Shown piece by piece: positions 42,241-56,300 of a stretch of 64,000 nucleotides of DNA (position 1 is the first letter of the stretch; each line of letters starts with the position of its first letter). Below the pieces are notes generated by a model that searched no databases, had not been told where the DNA came from, and saw nothing but the letters and a program-made list of their open reading frames with translations. This DNA comes from Auanema rhodensis (lineage: Eukaryota; Animalia; Nematoda). Location of the stretch: contig OZ059897.1 of assembly GCA_964057225.1 (NCBI GenBank), positions 22,320,001-22,384,000 on the forward strand, written 5' to 3'. The translations under genes were made by a program, and so were the position numbers.

Positions 42241-45200
42241 AAAGATAAAGAGATGCGGTTTTCAAAATTAGATTCCCCATGTCCATATTAGTCTAAAAAC
42301 AAATTTTTATTGATATTGGTTCATGGTAACCATGACTTTGAAATTTACGTGAACTTTAATTTATGCTAATTAAATGTACACGTGATGTGCACTTGGTATG
42401 TAACTCGCTTCACGTGAAAGATAAAGAGATGCGGTTTTCAAAATTAGATTCCCCATGTCCATATTAGTCTAAAAACAAATTTTTATTGATATTGGTTCAT
42501 GGTAACCATGACTTTGAAATTTACGTGAACTTTAATTTATGCTAATTAAATGTACACGTGATGTGCACTTGGTATGTAACTCGCTTCACGTGAAAGATAA
42601 AGAGATGCGGTTTTCAAAATTAGATTCCCCATGTCCATATTAGTCTAAAAACAAATTTTTATTGATATTGCTTCATGGTAACCATGACTTTGAAGTTTAC
42701 GTGAACTTTAATTTATGCTAATTAAATGTACACGTGATGTGCACTTGGTATGTAACTCGCTTCACGTGAAAGATAAAGAGATGCGGTTTTCAAAATTAGA
42801 TTCCCCATGTCCATATTAGTCTAAAAACAAATTTTTATTGATATTGGTTCATGGTAACCATGACTTTGAAATTTACGTAAACTTTAATTTATGCTAATTA
42901 AATGTACACGTGATGTGCACTTGGTATGTAACTCGCTTCACGTGAAAGATAAAGAGATGCGGTTTTCAAAATTAGATTCCCCATGTCCATATTAGTCTAT
43001 AAACAAATTTTTATTGATATTGGTTCATGGTAACCATGACTTTGAAGTTTACGTGAACTTTAATTTATGCTAATTAAATGTACACGTGATGTGCACTTGG
43101 TATGTAACTCGCTTCACGTGAAAGATAAAGAGATGCAGTTTTCAAAATTAGATTCCCCATGTCCATATTAGTCTAAAAACAAATTTTTATTGATATTGGT
43201 GCATGGTAACCATGACTTTGAAATTTACGTGAACTTTAATTTATGCTAATTAAATGTACACGTGATGTGCACTTGGTATGTAACTCGCTTCACGTGAAAG
43301 ATAAAGAGATGCGGTTTTCAAAATTAGATTCCCCATGTCCATATTAGTCTAAAAACAAATTTTTATTGATATTGGTTCATGGTAACCATGACTTTGAAAT
43401 TTACGTGAACTTTAATTTATGCTAATTAAATGTACACGTGATGTGCACTTGGTATGTAACTCGCTTCACGTGAAAGATAAAGAGATGCGGTTTTCAAAAT
43501 TAGATTCCCCATGTCCATATTAGTCTAAAAACAAATTTTTATTGATATTGGTTCATGGTAACCATGACTTTGAAATTTACGTGAACTTTAATTTATGCTA
43601 ATTAAATGTACACGTGATGTGCACTTGGTATGTAACTCGCTTCACGTGAAAGATAAAGAGATGCGGTTTTCAAAATTAGATTCCCCATGTCCATATTAGT
43701 CTAAAAACAAATTTTTATTGATATTGGTTCATGGTAACCATGACTTTGAAATTTACGTAAACTTTAATTTATGCTAATTAAATGTACACGTGATGTGCAC
43801 TTGGTATGTAACTCGCTTCACGTGAAAGATAAAGAGATGCGGTTTTCAAAATTAGATTCCCCATGTCCATATTAGTCTATAAACAAATTTTTATTGATAT
43901 TGGTTCATGGTAACCATGACTTTGAAGTTTACGTGAACTTTAATTTATGCTAATTAAATGTACACGTGATGTGCACTTGGTATGTAACTCGCTTCACGTG
44001 AAAGATAAAGAGATGCAGTTTTCAAAATTAGATTCCCCATGTCCATATTAGTCTAAAAACAAATTTTTATTGATATTGGTGCATGGTAACCATGACTTTG
44101 AAATTTACGTGAACTTTAATTTATGCTAATTAAATGTACACGTGATGTGCACTTGGTATGTAACTCGCTTCACGTGAAAGATAAAGAGATGCGGTTTTCA
44201 AAATTAGATTCCCCATGTCCATATTAGTCTAAAAACAAATTTTTATTGATATTGGTTCATGGTAACCATGACTTTGAAATTTACGTGAACTTTAATTTAT
44301 GCTAATTAAATGTACACGTGATGTGCACTTGGTATGTAACTCGCTTCACGTGAAAGATAAAGAGATGCGGTTTTCAAAATTAGATTCCCCATGTCCATAT
44401 TAGTCTAAAAACAAATTTTTATTGATATTGGTTCATGGTAACCATGACTTTGAAATTTACGTGAACTTTAATTTATGCTAATTAAATGTACACGTGATGT
44501 GCACTTGGTATGTAACTCGCTTCACGTGAAAGATAAAGAGATGCGGTTTTCAAAATTAGATTCCCCATGTCCATATTAGTCTAAAAACAAATTTTTATTG
44601 ATATTGGTTCATGGTAACCATGACTTTGAAATTTACGTGAACTTTAATTTATGCTAATTAAATGTACACGTGATGTGCACTTGGTATGTAACTCGCTTCA
44701 CGTGAAAGATAAAGAGATGCGGTTTTCAAAATTAGATTCCCCATGTCCATATTAGTCTAAAAACAAATTTTTATTGATATTGGTTCATGGTAACCATGAC
44801 TTTGAAATTTACGTGAACTTTAATTTATGCTAATTAAATGTACACGTGATGTGCACTTGGTATGTAACTCGCTTCACGTGAAAGATAAAGAGATGCGGTT
44901 TTCAAAATTAGATTCCCCATGTCCATATTAGTCTAAAAACAAATTTTTATTGATATTGGTTCATGGTAACCATGACTTTGAAATTTACGTGAACTTTAAT
45001 TTATGCTAATTAAATGTACACGTGATGTGCACTTGGTATGTAACTCGCTTCACGTGAAAGAGAAAGAGATGCGGTTTTCAAAATTAGATTCCCCATGTCC
45101 ATATTAGTCTATAAACAAATTTTTATTGATATTGGTTCATGGTAACCATGACTTTGAAATTTACGTGAACTTTAATTTATGCTAATTAAATGTACACGTG

Positions 45201-47320
45201 ATGTGCACTTGGTATGTAACTCGCTTCACGTGAAAGATAAAGAGATGCGGTTTTCAAAATTAGATTCCCCATGTCCATATTAGTCTAAAAACAAATTTTT
45301 ATTGATATTGGTTCATGGTAACCATGACTTTGAAATTTACGTGAACTTTAATTTATGCTAATTAAATGTACACGTGATGTGCACTTGGTATGTAACTCGC
45401 TTCACGTGAAAGATAAAGAGATGCGGTTTTCAAAATTAGATTCCCCATGTCCATATTAGTCTAAAAACAAATTTTTATTGATACTGGTTCATGGTAACCA
45501 TGACTTTGAAATTTACGTGAACTTTAATTTATGCTAATTAAATGTACACGTGATGTGCACTTGGTATGTAACTCGCTTCACGTGAAAGATAAAGAGATGC
45601 GGTTTTCAAAATTAGATTCCCCATGTCCATATTAGTCTATAAACAAATTTTTATTGATATTGGTTCATGGTAACCATGACTTTGAAATTTACGTGAACTT
45701 TAATTTATGCTAATTAAATGTACACGTGATGTGCACTTGGTATGTAACTCGCTTCACGTGAAAGATAAAGAGATGCGGTTTTCAAAATTAGATTCCCCAT
45801 GTCCATATTAGTCTAAAAACAAATTTTTATTGATATTGGTTCATGGTAACCATGACTTTGAAATTTACGTGAACTTTAATTTATGCTAATTAAATGTACA
45901 CGTGATGTGCACTTGGTGTGTAACTCGCTTCACGTGAAAGATAAAGAGATGCAGTTTTCAAAATTAGATTCCCCATGTCCATATTAGTCTAAAAACAAAT
46001 TTTTATTGATATTGGTTCATGGTAACCATGACTTTGAAATTTACGTGAACTTTAATTTATGCTAATTAAATGTACACGTGATGTGCACTTGGTATGTAAC
46101 TCGCTTCACGTGAAAGATAAAGAGATGCGGTTTTCAAAATTAGATTCCCCATGTCCATATTAGTCTAAAAACAAATTTTTATTGATATTGGTGCATGGTA
46201 ACCATGACTTTGAAATTTACGTGAACTTTAATTTATGCTAATTAAATGTACACGTGATGTGCACTTGGTATGTAACTCGCTTCACGTGAAAGATAAAGAA
46301 ATGCGGTTTTCAAAATTAGATTCCCCATGTCCATATTAGTCTAAAAACAAATTTTTATTGATATTGGTTCATGGTAACCATGACTTTGAAATTTACGTGA
46401 ACTTTAATTTATGCTAATTAAATGTACACGTGATGTGCACTTGGTATGTAACTCGCTTCACGTGAAAGATAAAGAGATGCGGTTTTCAAAATTAGATTCC
46501 CCATGTCCATATTAGTCTAAAAACAAATTTTTATTGATATTGGTTCATGGTAACCATGACTTTGAAATTTACGTGAACTTTAATTTATGCTAATTAAATG
46601 TACACGTGATGTGCACTTGGTATGTAACTCGCTTCACGTGAAAGATAAAGAGATGCAGTTTTCAAAATTAGATTCCCCATGTCCATATTAGTCTAAAAAC
46701 AAATTTTTATTGATATTGGTTCATGGTAACCATGACTTTGAAATTTACGTGAACTTTAATTTATGCTAATTAAATGTACACGTGATGTGCACTTGGTATG
46801 TAACTCGCTTCACGTGAAAGATAAAGAGATGCGGTTTTCAAAATTAGATTCCCCATGTCCATATTAGTCTAAAAACAAATTTTTATTGATATTGGTGCAT
46901 GGTAACCATGACTTTGAAATTTACGTGAACTTTAATTTATGCTAATTAAATGTACACGTGATGTGCACTTGGTATGTAACTCGCTTCACGTGAAAGATAA
47001 AGAGATGCGGTTTTCAAAATTAGATTCCCCATGTCCATATTAGTCTATAAACAAATTTTTATTGATATTGGTTCATGGTAACCATGACTTTGAAATTTAC
47101 GTGAACTTTAATTTATGCTAATTAAATGTACACGTGATGTGCACTTGGTATGTAACTCGCTTCACGTGAAAGATGAAGAGATGCGGTTTTCAAAATTAGA
47201 TTCCCCATGTCCATATTAGTCTAAAAACAAATTTTTATTGATACTGGTTCATGGTAACCATGACTTTGAAATTTACGTGAACTTTAATTTATGCTAATTA
47301 AATGTACACGTGATGTGCAC

Positions 47321-47366
47321 TTGGTATGTAACTCGCTTAACGTGAAAGATAAAGAGCGAGTACCAA
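47321..47366. other. Strand-switch (inversion) junction of the satellite array
   Basis: The read is TTGGTATGTAACTCGCTTAACGTGAAAGATAAAG-AG-CGAG-TACCAA. Forward consensus holds to 47356 and reverse consensus starts at 47355 (shared AG). 5 bp (TTACA) of the reverse consensus GCGAGTTACATACC are missing, and there is a C>A change at 47339. Confidence 0.95.
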
Positions 47367-50300
47367 GTGCACATCACGTGTACATTTAATTAGCATAAAT
47401 TAAAGTTCACGTAAATTTCAAAGTCATGGTTACCATGAACCAATATCACGAAAAATTTGTTTTTAGACTAATATGGACATGGGGAATCTAATTTTGAGAA
47501 CCGCATCTCTTTATCTTTCACGTGAAGCGAGTTACATACCAAGTGCACATCACGTGTACATTTAATTAGCATAAATTAAAGTTCACGTAAATTTCAAAGT
47601 CATGGTTACCATGCACCAATATCAATAAAAATTTGTTTTTAGACTAATATGGACATGGGGAATCTAATTTTGAAAACCGCATCTCTTTATCTTTCACGTG
47701 AAGCGAGTTACATACCAAGTGCACATCACGTGTACATTTAATTAGCATAAATTAAAGTTCACGTAAACTTCAAAGTCATGGTTACCATGAACCAATATCA
47801 ATAAAAATTTGTTTATAGACTAATATGGACATGGGGAATCTAATTTTGAAAACCGCATCTCTTTATCTTTCACGTGAAGCGAGTTACATACCAAGTGCAC
47901 ATCACGTGTACATTTAATTAGCATAAATTAAAGTTCACGTAAATTTCAAAGTCATGGTTACCATGAACCAGTATCAATAAAAATTTGTTTTTAGACTAAT
48001 ATGGACATGGGGAATCTAATTTTGAAAACCGCATCTCTTTATCTTTCACGTGAAGCGAGTTACATACCAAGTGCACATCACGTGTACATTTAATTAGCAT
48101 AAATTAAAGTTCACGTAAATTTCAAAGTCATGGTTACCATGAACCAATATCAATAAAAATTTGTTTTTAGACTAATATGGACATGGGGAATCTAATTTTG
48201 AAAACCGCATCTCTTTATCTTTCACGTGAAGCGAGTTACATACCAAGTGCACATCACGTGTACATTTAATTAGCATAAATTAAAGTTCACGTAAATTTCA
48301 AAGTCATGGTTACCATGAACCAATATCAATAAAAATTTGTTTATAGACTAATATGGACATGGGGAATCTAATTTTGAAAACCGCATCTCTTTATCTTTCA
48401 CGTGAAGCGAGTTACATACCAAGTGCACATCACGTGTACATTTAATTAGCATAAATTAAAGTTCACGTAAATTTCAAAGTCATGGTTACCATGAACCAAT
48501 ATCAATAAAAATTTGTTTTTAGACTAATATGGACATGGGGAATCTAATTTTGAAAACCGCATCTCTTTATCTTTCACGTGAAGCGAGTTACATACCAAGT
48601 GCACATCACGTGTACATTTAATTAGCATAAATTAAAGTTCACGTAAATTTCAAAATCATGGTTACCATGAACCAATATCAATAAAAATTTGTTTTTAGAC
48701 TAATATGGACATGGGGAATCTAATTTTGAAAACCGCATCTCTTTATCTTTCACGTGAAGCGAGTTACATACCAAGTGCACATCACGTGTACATTTAATTA
48801 GCATAAATTAAAGTTCACGTAAATTTCAAAGTCATGGTTACCATGAACCAATATCAATAAAAATTTGTTTTTAGACTAATATGGACATGGGGAATCTAAT
48901 TTTGAAAACCGCATCTCTTTATCTTTCACGTGAAGCGAGTTACATACCAAGTGCACATCACGTGTACATTTAATTAGCATAAATTAAAGTTCACGTAAAT
49001 TTCAAAGTCATGGTTACCATGAACCAATATCAATAAAAATTTGTTTTTAGACTAATATGGACATGGGGAATCTAATTTTGAAAACCGCATCTCTTTATCT
49101 TTCACGTGAAGCGAGTTACATACCAAGTGCACATCACGTGTACATTTAATTAGCATAAATTAAAGTTCACGTAAATTTCAAAGTCATGGTTACCATGAAC
49201 CAATATCAAAAAAAATTTGTTTTTAGACTAATATGGACATGGGGAATCTAATTTTGAAGACCGCATCTCTTTATCTTTCACGTGAAGCGAGTTACATACC
49301 AAGTGCACATCACGTGTACATTTAATTAGCATAAATTAAAGTTCACGTAAATTTCAAAGTCATGGTTACCATGCACCAATATCAATAAAAATTTGTTTTT
49401 AGACTAATATGGACATGGGGAATCTAATTTTGAAAACTGCATCTCTTTATCTTTCACGTGAAGCGAGTTACATACCAAGTGCACATCACGTGTACATTTA
49501 ATTAGCATAAATTAAAGTTCACGTAAACTTCAAAGTCATGGTTACCATGAACCAATATCAATAAAAATTTGTTTATAGACTAATATGGACATGGGGAATC
49601 TAATTTTGAAAACCGCATCTCTTCATCTTTCACGTGAAGCGAGTTACATACCAAGTGCACATCACGTGTACATTTAATTAGCATAAATTAAAGTTTACGT
49701 AAATTTCAAAGTCATGGTTACCATGAACCAATATCAATAAAAATTTGTTTTTAGACTAATATGGACATGGGGAATCTAATTTTGAAAACCGCATCTCTTT
49801 ATCTTTCACGTGAAGCGAGTTACATACCAAGTGCACATCACGTGTACATTTAATTAGCATAAATTAAAGTTCACGTAAACTTCAAAGTCATGGTTACCAT
49901 GAAGCAATATCAATAAAAATTTGTTTTTAGACTAATATGGACATGGGGAATCTAATTTTGAAAACCGCATCTCTTTATCTTTCACGTGAAGTGAGTTACA
50001 TACCAAGTGCACATCACGTGTACATTTAATTAGCATAAATTAAAGTTTACGTAAATTTCAAAGTCATGGTTACCATGAACCAATATCAATAAAAATTTGT
50101 TTTTAGACTAATATGGACATGGGGAATCTAATTTTAAAAACCGCATCTCTTTATCTTTCACGTGAAGCGAGTTACATACCAAGTGCACATCACGTGTACA
50201 TTTAATTAGCATAAATTAAAGTTCACGTAAACTTCAAAGTCATGGTTACCATGAAGCAATATCAATAAAAATTTGTTTTTAGACTAATATGGACATGGGG

Positions 50301-53300
50301 AATCTAATTTTGAAAACCGCATCTCTTTATCTTTCACGTGAAGCGAGTTACATACCAAGTGCACATCACGTGTACATTTAATTAGCATAAATTAAAGTTC
50401 ACGTAAACTTCAAAGTCATGGTTACCATGAAGCAATATCAATAAAAATTTGTTTTTAGACTAATATGGACATGGGGAATCTAATTTTGAAAACCGCATCT
50501 CTTTATCTTTCACGTGAAGCGAGTTACATACCAAGTGCACATCACGTGTACATTTAATTAGCATAAATTAAAGTTCACGTAAATTTCAAAGTCATGGTTA
50601 CCATGCACCAATATCAATAAAAATTTGTTTTTAGACTAATATGGACATGGGGAATCTAATTTTGAAAACTGCATCTCTTTATCTTTCACGTGAAGCGAGT
50701 TACATACCAAGTGCACATCACGTGTACATTTAATTAGCATAAATTAAAGTTCACGTAAACTTCAAAGTCATGGTTACCATGAACCAATATCAATAAAAAT
50801 TTGTTTATAGACTAATATGGACATGGGGAATCTAATTTTGAAAACCGCATCTCTTTATCTTTCACGTGAAGCGAGTTACATACCAAGTGCACATCACGTG
50901 TACATTTAATTAGCATAAATTAAAGTTTACGTAAATTTCAAAGTCATGGTTACCATGAACCAATATCAATAAAAATTTGTTTTTAGACTAATATGGACAT
51001 GGGGAATCTAATTTTGAAAACCGCATCTCTTTATCTTTCACGTGAAGCGAGTTACATACCAAGTGCACATCACGTGTACATTTAATTAGCATAAATTAAA
51101 GTTCACGTAAATTTCAAAGAGATGGTTACCATGAACCAATATCAATAAAAATTTGTTTTTAGACTAATATGGACATGGGGAATCTAATTTTGAAAACTGC
51201 ATCTCTTTATCTTTCACGTGAAGCGAGTTACATACCAAGTGCACATCACGTGTACATTTAATTAGCATAAATTAAAGTTCACGTAAATTTCAAAGTCATG
51301 GTTACCATGAACCAATATCAATAAAAATTTGTTTTTCGACTAATATGGACATGGGGAATCTAATTTTGAAAACCGCATCTCTTTATCTTTCACGTGAAGC
51401 GAGTTACATACCAAGTGCACATCACGTGTACATTTAATTAGCATAAATTAAAGTTCACGTAAATTTCAAAGTCATGGTTACCATGAACCAATATCAATAA
51501 AAATTTGTTTTTAGACTAATATGGACATGGGGAATCTAATTTTGAAAACCGCATCTCTTTATCTTTCACGTGAAGCGAGTTACATACCAAGTGCACATCA
51601 CGTGTACATTTAATTAGCATAAATTAAAGTTCACGTAAATTTCAAAGTCATGGTTACCATGAACCAATATCAATAAAAATTTGTTTTTAGACTAATATGG
51701 ACATGGGGAATCTAATTTTGAAAACCGCATTTCTTTATCTTTCACGTGAAGCGAGTTACATACCAAGTGCACATCACGTGTACATTTAATTAGCATAAAT
51801 TAAAGTTCACGTAAATTTCAAAGTCATGGTTACCATGCACCAATATCAATAAAAATTTGTTTTTAGACTAATATGGACATGGGGAATCTAATTTTGAAAA
51901 CCGCATCTCTTTATCTTTCACGTGAAGCGAGTTACATACCAAGTGCACATCACGTGTACATTTAATTAGCATAAATTAAAGTTCACGTAAATTTCAAAGT
52001 CATGGTTACCATGAACCAATATCAATAAAAATTTGTTTTTAGACTAATATGGACATGGGGAATCTAATTTTGAAAACTGCATCTCTTTATCTTTCACGTG
52101 AAGCGAGTTACACACCAAGTGCACATCACGTGTACATTTAATTAGCATAAATTAAAGTTCACGTAAATTTCAAAGTCATGGTTACCATGAACCAATATCA
52201 ATAAAAATTTGTTTTTAGACTAATATGGACATGGGGAATCTAATTTTGAAAACCGCATCTCTTTATCTTTCACGTGAAGCGAGTTACATACCAAGTGCAC
52301 ATCACGTGTACATTTAATTAGCATAAATTAAAGTTCACGTAAATTTCAAAGTCATGGTTACCATGAACCAATATCAATAAAAATTTGTTTATAGACTAAT
52401 ATGGACATGGGGAATCTAATTTTGAAAACCGCATCTCTTTATCTTTCACGTGAAGCGAGTTACATACCAAGTGCACATCACGTGTACATTTAATTAGCAT
52501 AAATTAAAGTTCACGTAAATTTCAAAGTCATGGTTACCATGAACCAGTATCAATAAAAATTTGTTTTTAGACTAATATGGACATGGGGAATCTAATTTTG
52601 AAAACCGCATCTCTTTATCTTTCACGTGAAGCGAGTTACATACCAAGTGCACATCACGTGTACATTTAATTAGCATAAATTAAAGTTCACGTAAATTTCA
52701 AAGTCATGGTTACCATGAACCAATATCAATAAAAATTTGTTTTTAGACTAATATGGACATGGGGAATCTAATTTTGAAAACCGCATCTCTTTATCTTTCA
52801 CGTGAAGCGAGTTACATACCAAGTGCACATCACGTGTACATTTAATTAGCATAAATTAAAGTTCACGTAAATTTCAAAGTCATGGTTACCATGAACCAAT
52901 ATCAATAAAAATTTGTTTATAGACTAATATGGACATGGGGAATCTAATTTTGAAAACCGCATCTCTTTATCTTTCACGTGAAGCGAGTTACATACCAAGT
53001 GCACATCACGTGTACATTTAATTAGCATAAATTAAAGTTCACGTAAATTTCAAAGTCATGGTTACCATGCACCAATATCAATAAAAATTTGTTTTTAGAC
53101 TAATATGGACATGGGGAATCTAATTTTGAAAACCGCATCTCTTTATCTTTCACGTGAAGCGAGTTACATACCAAGTGCACATCACGTGTACATTTAATTA
53201 GCATAAATTAAAGTTCACGTAAATTTCAAAGTCATGGTTACCATGAACCAATATCAATAAAAATTTGTTTTTAGACTAATATGGACATGGGGAATCTAAT

Positions 53301-56300
53301 TTTGAAAACTGCATCTCTTTATCTTTCACGTGAAGCGAGTTACATACCAAGTGCACATCACGTGTACATTTAATTAGCATAAATTAAAGTTCACGTAAAT
53401 TTCAAAGTCATGGTTACCATGAACCAATATCAATAAAAATTTGTTTTTAGACTAATATGGACATGGGGAATCTAATTTTGAAAACCGCATCTCTTTATCT
53501 TTCACGTGAAGCGAGTTACATACCAAGTGCACATCACGTGTACATTTAATTAGCATAAATTAAAGTTCACGTAAATTTCAAAGTCATGGTTACCATGAAC
53601 CAATATCAATAAAAATTTGTTTTTAGACTAATATGGACATGGGGAATCTAATTTTGAAAACCGCATTTCTTTATCTTTCACGTGAAGCGAGTTACATACC
53701 AAGTGCACATCACGTGTACATTTAATTAGCATAAATTAAAGTTCACGTAAATTTCAAAGTCATGGTTACCATGCACCAATATCAATAAAAATTTGTTTTT
53801 AGACTAATATGGACATGGGGAATCTAATTTTGAAAACCGCATCTCTTTATCTTTCACGTGAAGCGAGTTACATACCAAGTGCACATCACGTGTACATTTA
53901 ATTAGCATAAATTAAAGTTCACGTAAATTTCAAAGTCATGGTTACCATGAACCAATATCAATAAAAATTTGTTTTTAGACTAATATGGACATGGGGAATC
54001 TAATTTTGAAAACTGCATCTCTTTATCTTTCACGTGAAGCGAGTTACACACCAAGTGCACATCACGTGTACATTTAATTAGCATAAATTAAAGTTCACGT
54101 AAATTTCAAAGTCATGGTTACCATGAACCAATATCAATAAAAATTTGTTTTTAGACTAATATGGACATGGGGAATCTAATTTTGAAAACCGCATCTCTTT
54201 ATCTTTCACGTGAAGCGAGTTACATACCAAGTGCACATCACGTGTACATTTAATTAGCATAAATTAAAGTTCACGTAAATTTCAAAGTCATGGTTACCAT
54301 GAACCAATATCAATAAAAATTTGTTTATAGACTAATATGGACATGGGGAATCTAATTTTGAAAACCGCATCTCTTTATCTTTCACGTGAAGCGAGTTACA
54401 TACCAAGTGCACATCACGTGTACATTTAATTAGCATAAATTAAAGTTCACGTAAATTTCAAAGTCATGGTTACCATGAACCAGTATCAATAAAAATTTGT
54501 TTTTAGACTAATATGGACATGGGGAATCTAATTTTGAAAACCGCATCTCTTTATCTTTCACGTGAAGCGAGTTACATACCAAGTGCACATCACGTGTACA
54601 TTTAATTAGCATAAATTAAAGTTCACGTAAATTTCAAAGTCATGGTTACCATGAACCAATATCAATAAAAATTTGTTTTTAGACTAATATGGACATGGGG
54701 AATCTAATTTTGAAAACCGCATCTCTTTATCTTTCACGTGAAGCGAGTTACATACCAAGTGCACATCACATGTACATTTAATTAGCATAAATTAAAGTTC
54801 ACGTAAATTTCAAAGTCATGGTTACCATGAACCAATATCAATAAAAATTTGTTTATAGACTAATATGGACATGGGGAATCTAATTTTGAAAACCGCATCT
54901 CTTTATCTTTCACGTGAAGCGAGTTACATACCAAGTGCACATCACGTGTACATTTAATTAGCATAAATTAAAGTTCACGTAAATTTCAAAGTCATGGTTA
55001 CCATGAACCAATATCAATAAAAATTTGTTTTTAGACTAATATGGACATGGGGAATCTAATTTTGAAAACCGCATCTCTTTATCTTTCACGTGAAGCGAGT
55101 TACATACCAAGTGCACATCACGTGTACATTTAATTAGCATAAATTAAAGTTCACGTAAATTTCAAAGTCATGGTTACCATGAACCAATATCAATAAAAAT
55201 TTGTTTTTAGACTAATATGGACATGGGGAATCTAATTTTGAAAACCGCATCTCTTTATCTTTCACGTGAAGCGAGTTACATACCAAGTGCACATCACGTG
55301 TACATTTAATTAGCATAAATTAAAGTTCACGTAAATTTCAAAGTCATGGTTACCATGAACCAATATCAATAAAAATTTGTTTTTAGACTAATATGGACAT
55401 GGGGAATCTAATTTTGAAAACCGCATCTCTTTATCTTTCACGTGAAGCGAGTTACATACCAAGTGCACATCACGTGTACATTTAATTAGCATAAATTAAA
55501 GTTCACGTAAATTTCAAAGTCATGGTTACCATGAACCAATATCAATAAAAATTTGTTTTTAGACTAATATGGACATGGGGAATCTAATTTTGAAAACCGC
55601 ATCTCTTTATCTTTCACGTGAAGCGAGTTACATACCAAGTGCACATCACGTGTACATTTAATTAGCATAAATTAAAGTTCACGTAAATTTCAAAGTCATG
55701 GTTACCATGAACCAATATCAATAAAAATTTGTTTTTAGACTAATATGGACATGGGGAATCTAATTTTGAAAACCGCATCTCTTTATCTTTCACGTGAAGC
55801 GAGTTACATACCAAGTGCACATCACGTGTACATTTAATTAGCATAAATTAAAGTTCACGTAAATTTCAAAGTCATGGTTACCATGCACCAATATCAATAA
55901 AAATTTGTTTTTAGACTAATATGGACATGGGGAATCTAATTTTGAAAACTGCATCTCTTTATCTTTCACGTGAAGCGAGTTACATACCAAGTGCACATCA
56001 CGTGTACATTTAATTAGCATAAATTAAAGTTCACGTAAACTTCAAAGTCATGGTTACCATGAACCAATATCAATAAAAATTTGTTTATAGACTAATATGG
56101 ACATGGGGAATCTAATTTTGAAAACCGCATCTCTTTATCTTTCACGTGAAGCGAGTTACATACCAAGTGCACATCACGTGTACATTTCATTAGCATAAAT
56201 TAAAGTTTACGTAAATTTCAAAGTCATGGTTACCATGAACCAATATCAATAAAAATTTGTTTTTAGACTAATATGGACATGGGGAATCTAATTTTGAAAA

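Larger units (their letters stand above)
1..47356 (+). repeat. 176-bp tandem satellite array, forward arm (269 full monomers + 12 bp; continues off the left edge)
   Basis: The monomer AAAGATAAAGAGATGCGG...CTCGCTTCACGTG restarts at 1, 177, 881, 2641, 5281 ... 44881 and 47345, all equal to 176n+1. Monomers differ from consensus by about 0-3 substitutions. The strand label only denotes orientation relative to monomer 1. Confidence 0.99.

Noticed and set aside
47345-47366. Transposon insertion or site-specific recombinase site at the inversion point
   Set aside because: All junction bases are explained by satellite sequence. There is no foreign DNA, terminal inverted repeat or target-site duplication.
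46000-48700. Simple fold-back read artefact or local hairpin duplication
   Set aside because: Variants on the two sides of the junction are not mirror images, and the reverse side matches positions 1-1214 instead. This is disfavoured but not excluded without reads.
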